From a virus: a stretch of 39,158 nt of DNA. A program made the translations under genes and the position numbers. The stretch covers positions 1 through 39,158 of IMG/VR virus record IMGVR_UViG_3300046373_000033; one strand, written 5' to 3'. Each line of letters opens with the position of its first letter. Position 1 is the first letter of the stretch. Below the pieces are notes generated by a model that saw only the letters and a program-made list of their open reading frames with translations, ran no database searches and had not been told where the DNA came from. This document shows positions 16,139-22,169 of the stretch, in pieces.

Positions 16139-16900
16139 TTAGCTTTTGAATGCTGCCTGCATCGTTGCGAGCCATTCCTCAGACCATTCCAATGCCATCT
16201 TGGAAAATTGATTGGTCTCTGGCGTGTCGCCCCGATTGATACTCAGGAAAAAACGCTCTACTGGCCGACTGGAATTAGGCTTGAGTGAGCCAAGATCGCC
16301 GATTGCAGAATTACGCGCAGTAGCAATTGTCCCGACGAGGCATGAGCATTCGCCTTCGTAAGTAGAACCATCAACGCGACCAGCTTTTAGCGCCGCAATA
16401 AGAGCAGGCACTTCACGTGGAGCAGATGAAAGAACTGCCCAAAGGTCGTCGCGTACTGGCGTCAGGTCGGCACCGCTCAGGTAGGCGTCGCTCAGGTCGG
16501 CACCGCGCAGGTTGGCACCGCTCAGGTAGGCGTCGCTCAGGTCGGCACCGCGCAGGTTGGCACCGCTCAGGTTGGCACCGCTCAGGTAGGCGTAGCGCAG
16601 GTCGGCACCGCGCAGGTTGGCACCGCGCAGGTTGGCACCGCGCAGGTCGGCACCGCGCAGGTCGGCACCGCGCAGGTCGGCACCGCTCAGGTAGGCGTCG
16701 CTCAGGTCGGCACCGCGCAGGTTGGCACCGCTCAGGTAGGCGTCGCTCAGGTCGGCATTGCTCAGGTAGGCACCGCTCAGGTAGGTCGAAGCTTTGATTG
16801 CCATGTACAGCGTGATTGCCAGGGTATTCCCCTCTGCTTCGTGTGCAAAAAGTACGCTGCCATTCCAATGGTGCTTGATTTCGATGCGTGTCATTTCCAT
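16139..16900 (-). CDS. Pentapeptide-repeat protein with a non-repeat C-terminal domain. First gene of the PL-like operon.
   Basis: About 21-22 consecutive A(D/N)L(S/R)xx pentads ([20 protein letters not shown]...), then ...[30 protein letters not shown].... ATG 16894 (AAGGGG 6 nt upstream) is an alternative to 16900. Confidence 0.9.
   Translation of the reverse strand: MEMTRIEIKHHWNGSVLFAHEAEGNTLAITLYMAIKASTYLSGAYLSNADLSDAYLSGANLRGADLSDAYLSGADLRGADLRGADLRGANLRGANLRGADLRYAYLSGANLSGANLRGADLSDAYLSGANLRGADLSDAYLSGADLTPVRDDLWAVLSSAPREVPALIAALKAGRVDGSTYEGECSCLVGTIATARNSAIGDLGSLKPNSSRPVERFFLSINRGDTPETNQFSKMALEWSEEWLATMQAAFKS
16454..16783. repeat. Coding tandem repeat, 15-nt unit with 30-nt and ~90-nt higher-order copies
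   Basis: The 30-mer GGCACCGCTCAGGTAGGCGTCGCTCAGGTC occurs exactly at 16469, 16514, 16679 and 16724. GGCACCGCGCAGGT(T/C) units lie between the copies. Confidence 0.9.
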
Positions 16901-16952
16901 CCCCTTGTTTGCTGGTTCGTTTAGGTTTGCTTCTGTGCTGCTGATGTGAGTA

Positions 16953-16980
16953 ACTATACACGAACGGATAGATAAAACAA
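16953..16980 (-). promoter_or_regulatory. PL-like early-left promoter (minus strand: TTGTTT-16-TATAGT) with an operator-like module shared with PR
   Basis: The reverse complement of 16952-16990 aligns with 18365-18403 at 34 of 39 positions, with -35 and -10 in register. Confidence 0.55.
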
Positions 16981-17033
16981 TACGCGAATGAATAAAAATT
17001 CAAAATAGTTTTAACGAGGTGAAAACGCAGACG

Positions 17034-17059
17034 AAAAAAAGCCAGCTCGAAAGCTGGCT
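17034..17059 (-). terminator. Intrinsic terminator for minus-strand transcripts
   Basis: The minus strand reads AGCCAGC-TTTCGA-GCTGGCT followed by TTTTTTT. Confidence 0.75.
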
Positions 17060-17068
17060 AGTGGGGAG

Positions 17069-17097
17069 TTGTAAACCTGAGGGAGTGGGCGTAAACT
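17069..17097 (+). promoter_or_regulatory. Candidate sigma70 promoter TTGTAA-17-TAAACT, reading rightward into the 17123 ORF
   Basis: Hexamers at 17069-17074 and 17092-17097. AGGAGG at 17113-17118 and ATG at 17123 follow. Confidence 0.35.
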
Positions 17098-17120
17098 TGC
17101 TGGATGTTAATTAGGAGGGG

Positions 17121-17417
17121 TTATGGAAGCTGATCAAAATGCTGTTGAAGTTTTGCCATCCATTCATCCACTGTTAGACAAGCACTTTCATAGGTTGCCA
17201 CCTGAAATTCTGTTGGGCTCTCTGAAGGAACCATCCCTATCAAAGCTTCGCGAGTATTTTGCAGTGCCTGGAGCAGCTGAGTGGGCTCTAGAACAGCAGG
17301 AATATGCGCGGATGAGGATGAAGCAATTTGGATTGATCTAAGCAGAGACATAATCACTTCCCGCTGCCCGACCTCTCGCCCGATTCCCTGGGCTATATCG
17401 ATCTGTGTAATTTCCAT
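17121..17417 (-). CDS. Hypothetical protein (98 aa), rex-position cargo. Coding strand uncertain.
   Basis: GGAG lies 5 nt before ATG 17417. The minus-strand terminator at 17034-17059 follows. Confidence 0.45.
   Translation of the reverse strand: MEITQIDIAQGIGREVGQREVIMSLLRSIQIASSSSAHIPAVLEPTQLLQALQNTREALIGMVPSESPTEFQVATYESACLTVDEWMAKLQQHFDQLP
17123..17341 (+). CDS. Hypothetical protein (72 aa), fully antisense to 17121..17417. Coding strand uncertain.
   Basis: Strong SD AGGAGG 4 nt before ATG 17123. A candidate promoter lies upstream and a plus-strand terminator downstream (17435-17466). Confidence 0.35.
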   Translation: MEADQNAVEVLPSIHPLLDKHFHRLPPEILLGSLKEPSLSKLREYFAVPGAAEWALEQQEYARMRMKQFGLI

Positions 17418-17434
17418 TCAATCTCCGTAGTGTT

Positions 17435-17466
17435 TGCCCGCGCTAACATAGGCGGGCATTTTTATT
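17435..17466 (+). terminator. Intrinsic terminator oriented for plus-strand transcripts
   Basis: TGCCCGC (17435-17441) pairs with GCGGGCA (17452-17458), followed by TTTTTATTTATT. There is no T-run on the other strand. Confidence 0.6.
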
Positions 17467-17656
17467 TATTGTCGATGGGCCATTTTTTGAATGCAAATAC
17501 CCAAAGAAAAACTAAGTTGAGCAATGGCAGCAGCATTAAAAGCACAAGCCACCTTGAATGGCCGGTTCGGCCAAGCAGTTTTACTAGCGGAATCCCCAAA
17601 GCCAAGAATCCTAAAATGGCAGGAAAGAAAACAGCAATTAATTCAGAGTCATTCAT
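17462..17656 (-). CDS. Small two-helix membrane protein (64 aa), rex-position cargo
   Basis: LIAVFFPAILGFLALGIPLV and WLVLLMLLPLLNLVFLWVFAF. The surrounding DNA is very AT-rich (one 60-nt line counted at 15 G+C). Confidence 0.6.
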   Translation of the reverse strand: MNDSELIAVFFPAILGFLALGIPLVKLLGRTGHSRWLVLLMLLPLLNLVFLWVFAFKKWPIDNK

Positions 17657-17890
17657 CCTTATAAGTTCCTTTTAATAAATATTTCAAATTTGCACTTTTA
17701 ACTGTTCGTCAACTCTGGTAATGTTTCAATCTGCCTGTGTTTACATACAGCGCCGAAAATTTGAAAGGATCGCCGTGCAAGAGAATTCAGTTCCAGTACC
17801 AGCAGATCCCCAGTTCTTGCGTATGTACGCATCCTTCTTGTTAATGACAAAAGAAGAACGAGACCATCAGGAGGATTCTTTTGCCGAAAT

Positions 17891-17919
17891 AGCAAAAGGG
17901 CGCTCCATTAAAAGCGCCC
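17891..17919 (-). terminator. Intrinsic terminator directly after the repressor gene
   Basis: The minus strand reads GGGCGCT-TTTAATGG-AGCGCCC followed by TTTTGCTATTT. Confidence 0.7.
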
Positions 17920-17930
17920 CATCGTTAAAG

Positions 17931-18320
17931 CTAGTTGTTAGTTGCAAGACCGTTTGATTCCGCTCGACGCGCACCCGCTTTCGCAGACTTCATCAAAACA
18001 TTCCTGATGGCTGGGCTGCATTCAAGGTAGGCGGTAACAAGCTCCAATATCTCATCGCCGCTAACTTCCGGCGATTCCAGTCCCTCCACCAGGCTAATTC
18101 CGCGCTCCGGTGGAATTCCCTCGTTCAGCCAATCAAAAGAAACATTCAGTGCGCCTGCCAGCTTTCTTAAGGTGGCAGTCTCCGGGCCTTTCTTTCCATC
18201 CCCTCCGCTCAAGATGCGGCTAATGGTTGCCTGCGGAACGCCGGAAGCACGGGCGAGCGCACTTTGCGAAGTGATCTTCGCGTCTTTCATTGCCTTGTCT
18301 AAACGATCTCCAATGTTCAT
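17931..18320 (-). CDS. XRE-family HTH repressor (CI-like), without a recognisable S24 peptidase domain
   Basis: Track ORF 17931..18380. Start placed at ATG 18320: MNIGDRLDKAMKDAKITSQSALARASGVPQATISRILSG.... Divergent from the cro-like gene. Confidence 0.8.
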   Translation of the reverse strand: MNIGDRLDKAMKDAKITSQSALARASGVPQATISRILSGGDGKKGPETATLRKLAGALNVSFDWLNEGIPPERGISLVEGLESPEVSGDEILELVTAYLECSPAIRNVLMKSAKAGARRAESNGLATNN

Positions 18321-18326
18321 GCGCGG

Positions 18327-18355
18327 ACTATAACCGTGCAGTGAAATAACATCAA
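18327..18355 (-). promoter_or_regulatory. PRM-like promoter (minus strand TTGATG-17-TATAGT), 6 nt upstream of the repressor ATG
   Basis: actata at 18327-18332 and catcaa at 18350-18355 on the plus strand. ATG at 18320. Confidence 0.5.
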
Positions 18356-18374
18356 AAACACATCCATTTGCGTA

Positions 18375-18402
18375 TTGCATTGTCTATCCATTCGTGTATA
18401 GT
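18375..18402 (+). promoter_or_regulatory. PR-like promoter TTGCAT-16-TATAGT, 6 nt upstream of the cro-like ATG
   Basis: TTGCAT at 18375-18380, TATAGT at 18397-18402, ATG at 18409. Confidence 0.6.
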
Positions 18403-18408
18403 TTGGAG

Positions 18409-18648
18409 ATGGACAAGAAAACCGCCCCCTCGATGCTGCACGAAATCCAAGAGCAAACACTTTGGACGCAGCCTAAATTAGCTGCCGAACTTGGCACCTC
18501 TCAACCCACTGTGCACCGCATTCTTAATGGGCAGGAGGAGTGCAAAGTCTCCACTTTTCAAGCCATTCTTTCATTGCATAAATCTGTTCTCGCCAGGAAG
18601 AAACGCGCTGCATCTAACTTGGCTAAATCATCGCACAAAAATACGTGA
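18409..18648 (+). CDS. Cro-like HTH regulator (79 aa)
   Basis: Track ORF starts at GTG 18394 inside the promoter, so I use ATG 18409: MDKKTAPSMLHEIQEQTLWTQPKLAAELGTSQPTVHRILNG.... Confidence 0.7.
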   Translation: MDKKTAPSMLHEIQEQTLWTQPKLAAELGTSQPTVHRILNGQEECKVSTFQAILSLHKSVLARKKRAASNLAKSSHKNT

Positions 18649-18707
18649 ATGAATAATCAAATTTATTCAATTGACAATATTTTTCAAATTTATGTGATGG
18701 GCTAATT

Positions 18708-19253
18708 ATGAAAAAAACAAAGAAAAGTTTGCAAAAGACATCTCGTGTTTGCACATGCGGAAAAGACATCACCTGTTGGAGTGGGCGATTTAAAAAGTGC
18801 ATTTTGTGCCGAAAGGCTGATGCGCCAACCAAAACATGCGGCGATTGCGGCGAGTCATTCCGCGGGCTGTGGGCGCGTCGTTGTGACGTTTGCACAAAAG
18901 TTCGTTACGTCTTCCGAGTTTACGGCTCCGGCCAAACTCTCGCCGTTTCTGAGGTTGCAAAAGCTCGCAACAGGAAAGACCTGCTTCCAGCCTACGACCA
19001 TAAGTGCGTTGACTGCGGCGCAGACGCATTGGAATACGACCATCGAGATTACAGCAAGCCATTGGACGTCGAGCCGGTCTGCAAAAGCTGCAACTGCCAA
19101 AGAAAATCTGCAAAGCCCAAAAACTGGTCATTTGACGAGTTCATGACCTATTACAAAGGCCTGCTTAGCAATTCTGTCGGCCCCCATTACTTCGAAATGA
19201 ATGAGCGCGAGCTTTGTGCCATGCGGAACCAATATTTTGGTGTCGCATCATGA
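18708..19253 (+). CDS. Cys-rich zinc-ribbon protein with an HNH-like C-terminal half
   Basis: CTCG...CILC, CGDCG...CDVC, then HKCVDCGADALEYDHRDYSKPLDVEPVCKSCNCQRK (C.xCG...DH.DY..P..V..C..CN pattern). Confidence 0.45.
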   Translation: MKKTKKSLQKTSRVCTCGKDITCWSGRFKKCILCRKADAPTKTCGDCGESFRGLWARRCDVCTKVRYVFRVYGSGQTLAVSEVAKARNRKDLLPAYDHKCVDCGADALEYDHRDYSKPLDVEPVCKSCNCQRKSAKPKNWSFDEFMTYYKGLLSNSVGPHYFEMNERELCAMRNQYFGVAS

Positions 19254-19448
19254 GCCGAAACATGAAGCATCTAGCAAGCGTAGTGGCCTGGGTAATCGTG
19301 GTTGGACTTATCTACTGGGGAACGAAATGAGCGCAATCCACTTTCTGACGGACGACTACGGCAATCAAGTCTTCTTCGTGATGCTGCCAGTGTGTGCAAA
19401 GCAGGCGCGGTTCGCATTCTTCCGGGTGGAAATATTGTGACTGCATTA

Positions 19449-19898
19449 ATGGGAACATTCGTGACGATGAAGACCATGGCTGACGGCACGCCAAGGATCA
19501 CATTCGATCTGGATTGCACTCTGGCTGAGGCTGCGGCGCTTAACTGGATGCCTGGGACGCCTGCTGGGATTGCTCGGATTACTGGTGAATCCAGTGTCGA
19601 GCCTGCCCTCGACACCCCTGTCGAGCAAAGTGTCGACACCCCAAAACCAAAAGGCGGCGACTTAGCCCGTATGGCTGGCGTTTTCTGCAATGACCCGGTG
19701 TTTTGGGAGTTTCTGAATAGCGATGAACACTTTGCTAGCGCCGACAAAGTCAATAACTCGACAGAGGCGGCAGACCTTATTCGATATATGTGCAATGTCG
19801 ATAGCCGATCTGAAATAGACCATGACATGTACTCGTCTAGTCAGTTTCATTATTTTTTCCGCATCCCATTCCTCGCATTCAAAGAGGCTCGCAAGTGA
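19449..19898 (+). CDS. Hypothetical early protein (start uncertain)
   Basis: Track ORF 19302..19898. The upstream part overlaps other frames. Possible starts are ATG 19449, 19467 and 19476. Conserved-looking C-terminus GVFCNDPVFWEFLN...AADLIRYMCNVDSRSEID. Confidence 0.5.
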   Translation: MGTFVTMKTMADGTPRITFDLDCTLAEAAALNWMPGTPAGIARITGESSVEPALDTPVEQSVDTPKPKGGDLARMAGVFCNDPVFWEFLNSDEHFASADKVNNSTEAADLIRYMCNVDSRSEIDHDMYSSSQFHYFFRIPFLAFKEARK

Positions 19899-20092
19899 GG
19901 CTGAACTTTACTCCGTTCTACATCATGGCGAATGTCCGTCGAATCTGCGCTCATCAATATCGTCGGCAAGCAAACTGGATTTTGGCGATGGAGATATTCG
20001 CTGTCGGCAGCACAACTGCGCATCAAATCTGCCGTGAGGCTGAAATTGATCCTGATGGCCTGACAGTAACAAAAATCAAGGTATCGGCATGA
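19895..20092 (+). CDS. Small putative DNA-binding protein (65 aa)
   Basis: GTGA overlap with the upstream stop; AGAGG lies 7 nt upstream. AMEIFAVGSTTAHQICREAEIDPDG looks HTH-like. Confidence 0.5.
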   Translation: MRLNFTPFYIMANVRRICAHQYRRQANWILAMEIFAVGSTTAHQICREAEIDPDGLTVTKIKVSA

Positions 20093-20454
20093 AGCGTTCC
20101 TACATGAAGTCGAGCCGTCCAAAGATGACGGCTATCCGCAAAGCTGCTCGTGGCCAGGAATGCACCATCAACATGCCCGGAGTCTGCTGCGGCAATCCAG
20201 AGACGGTCGTTCTGTGCCACAGCAACAAGCTTGAGCATGGCAAGGGAATGGGCATCAAAGCTTCAGACGAGTTTGCGGCGTTCGGATGCATAGCCTGCCA
20301 TGCCGTTATCGACGGACGCGCTCCGAGGCCAGCAGGCATGTCCTACGAGGATGCGGACGCGTACTTCATGCAGGGCATGGAAGCTACCAGGGAAATACTG
20401 CGCGAAATGGGTTTGCTTGCTCGCGTTAATGAACAGATGGGAATTGAGAAGTGA
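20089..20454 (+). CDS. YbcO-like (DUF1364) putative nuclease
   Basis: IRKAARGQECTINMPGVCCGNPETVVLCH...CIACHAVIDGR parallels E. coli YbcO LRKAARGRECQVRIPGVCNGNPETSVLAH...CSACHDEIDRR (from memory). Confidence 0.8.
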   Translation: MKRSYMKSSRPKMTAIRKAARGQECTINMPGVCCGNPETVVLCHSNKLEHGKGMGIKASDEFAAFGCIACHAVIDGRAPRPAGMSYEDADAYFMQGMEATREILREMGLLARVNEQMGIEK

Positions 20455-21344
20455 ACTACTACAGCCATCACATCGGGGACTTTAACAACGCTACTCGCCA
20501 CTTGAGTCGCGTAGAGAGAAGTATCTACCGAGACATGCTCGACATGTACTACGACACTGAGCAGCCTCTGCCGCTCGATGTGAAGGTGCTTAGTCGGAAG
20601 TTGCTAGCGAGATCTCCAGAAGAGTCTCAAGCGGTAACTCAATTGCTCGAAGAGTTTTTTACTGAGACAGCTCAGGGCTGGTATCACGAAAGATGCGAGC
20701 AAGAGATTGCCGAGTATCACACGAGCGTTACTGCGAAGTCAGCAGCAGGCAAAGCAAGTGCAGCTAAACGTGAAGCAGGTCGCATTGCACGATTAGCAGA
20801 ATTGAACGGCAGTTCAACACCTGTTCAACAGGTGATCAACGAGTGTTCAACAGCCGTTGAGCAGGTGATGGATTCTGTTGATAGCTCTGTTCAACTAACC
20901 AATAACCATAAACCAATAACCAATAACCATGAACCATTAAAAGAAAAAGCTCCGGCTGCGCCGAAGTATTCCGAAAAGGATGCCATTGCCGAATTGGTCG
21001 CCTTGGGAGTTGATGCGCAAGTTGCTGGCGATTGGATGATTGTCCGAAAGGGCAAAGGCTCTAAGCCGAACAAAACAGGTATTAACGAAGCCCTAAAAAA
21101 CATCGCAGATGCCGGCATGACTGTGGACCAAGGAATACGCATTTGCTGCGAGCGGGGTTGGGCTGGTTTCAATAAGGCGTGGCTGCCAAACGCAATGACC
21201 GGAGCGCATCCACGCGCTGGCCCGCCTTACCAAACCGCACGAGACAAAGCAAAGGCATGGGCAGACATAGCAACGGGGCAGACAAATGGAAATCATCAAC
21301 CGCAGTTCATCGACCTCAACCCCGCTCCCTTCGAACTGGGTTGA
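20451..21344 (+). CDS. Replication initiator-like protein, DUF1376 (YdaU) N-terminal domain
   Basis: MNYYSHHIGDFNNATRHLSRVERSIYRDMLDMYYDTEQPLP is the DUF1376 signature. GTGA-coupled start. Confidence 0.7.
   Translation: MNYYSHHIGDFNNATRHLSRVERSIYRDMLDMYYDTEQPLPLDVKVLSRKLLARSPEESQAVTQLLEEFFTETAQGWYHERCEQEIAEYHTSVTAKSAAGKASAAKREAGRIARLAELNGSSTPVQQVINECSTAVEQVMDSVDSSVQLTNNHKPITNNHEPLKEKAPAAPKYSEKDAIAELVALGVDAQVAGDWMIVRKGKGSKPNKTGINEALKNIADAGMTVDQGIRICCERGWAGFNKAWLPNAMTGAHPRAGPPYQTARDKAKAWADIATGQTNGNHQPQFIDLNPAPFELG
20896..20937. repeat. Six tandem heptamers TAACCAW inside the initiator gene linker (candidate iterons)
   Basis: taaccaa taaccat aaaccaa taaccaa taaccat gaaccat, followed by the A-rich string ttaaaagaaaaag. 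Encodes TNNHKPITNNHEPL. Confidence 0.8.
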
Positions 21345-21978
21345 GAGGTTGTTCGACAAGATGCTGCTTGAGTACGGCAAGAAGTTCACGGACCAGTGGG
21401 GCGGATCTGATCCTGTTCGGCTGCGGGACCACTGGGCGGCAGAGTTGGCTGGATTCTCTGGCGACGAGCTTGGCAAGGGATTGAAGGGAATGGCAGCGAA
21501 GGATTGGCCTCCGACGTTAAACGAGTTCAAAAAGCTTTGCCGTCCTCCTGTCGATGCCATGCATGCCTATTACGAGGCCGTAAACGGGGTTCAGGCAAGA
21601 GATCGTGGAGAGAGAGGGGTATGGTCGCACCGGGCTATCTTCTGGGCCGCTACGGGCCTCTCATTCGATCTGAAGAATCAGACTTACTCGCAGATCAAGG
21701 TTCGATGGGAAATGGCACTTGCAGAACAGTTCGACAAAACAGACTGGTCTCCGATTCCTGATCCGCTGTTGCAACTTGCAGCGCCAGGGAAAGGTGAGTT
21801 GTCGAAAGAGGGCGCAGCAAAGATGCTCAACGAAATCGGCGCATCGGCAATGCTCAAGCCGAAGAACGACGAAATGCGATGGGCGAAAAACATCCTTGAA
21901 AGGCTGAAGCGCAAAGACAAGACCTTGCTGCCGATCCAGATCAAGTTTGCAAAAGAGGCGCTTGAGGTCAAGTCGTGA
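21286..21978 (+). CDS. Lambda P-like replication (helicase loader) protein
   Basis: DWPPTLNEFKKLCRPP...WSHRAIFWAATGL resembles lambda P RPFLPSPGQFVAWCR...NAHYWLVTNL (from memory). Directly follows the initiator. Confidence 0.55.
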   Translation: MEIINRSSSTSTPLPSNWVERLFDKMLLEYGKKFTDQWGGSDPVRLRDHWAAELAGFSGDELGKGLKGMAAKDWPPTLNEFKKLCRPPVDAMHAYYEAVNGVQARDRGERGVWSHRAIFWAATGLSFDLKNQTYSQIKVRWEMALAEQFDKTDWSPIPDPLLQLAAPGKGELSKEGAAKMLNEIGASAMLKPKNDEMRWAKNILERLKRKDKTLLPIQIKFAKEALEVKS

Positions 21979-22169
21979 CATGCGTGAATTGCATTCACTT
22001 CAATCTGAAGAACTCAAGGATGGGTCTGGATGGCCTAGGCAACTGCAAGCACCTAGAGCCATACCAGTACAAGCCAACAAACGGAAGCTGCGACAAGTTT
22101 GAGCAAGCAAGCCAAGACGTAGTTAAACGCCGAGAGGCATATGTAAGTCAACCGAGGAGTAGGAAATGA
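21975..22169 (+). CDS. Small Cys-rich protein (64 aa)
   Basis: GTGA-coupled. CVNCIHF...GNCKH...GSC. Confidence 0.5.
   Translation: MTCVNCIHFNLKNSRMGLDGLGNCKHLEPYQYKPTNGSCDKFEQASQDVVKRREAYVSQPRSRK

Noticed and set aside
16454-16783. Could the regular repeat array be a CRISPR array?
   Set aside because: The unit is 15 nt with no unique spacers and is entirely in frame within a coding gene. There is no leader and there are no cas genes anywhere in the window.
16413-17003. Long Arg/Pro-rich ORFs on both strands across the pentapeptide gene (16413..17003 minus, 16417..16797 plus).
   Set aside because: They are other frames of a 15-nt tandem repeat, and any frame of such a repeat stays open. Their products are monotonous RRSGRHR / PERC strings with no start context. 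The pentapeptide frame has an SD, non-repeat termini and operon coupling.
17698-17957. ORFs 17698..17895 (-) and 17721..17957 (+) in the AT-rich spacer after the repressor gene.
   Set aside because: They overlap the repressor terminator and the 3' end of the repressor gene. Neither has a convincing SD or promoter, and AT-rich spacer DNA often gives ORFs of this size. They are kept only as possible promoter-bearing spacer.
18657-18707. TTGACA at 18671-18676 as the -35 of a promoter for the Cys-rich gene at 18708.
   Set aside because: No acceptable -10 hexamer lies at 16-18 nt spacing (GTGATG or TGATGG), so it was not called as a promoter.
19327-19440. 37-aa ORF MSAIHFLTDDYGNQVFFVMLPVCAKQARFAFFRVEIL upstream of the 19449 gene.
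   Set aside because: It has a plausible SD (GGGGA), but it is very short, has no coupling signature and has an ambiguous relationship to the alternative starts of the next gene. The support is too weak to annotate it.
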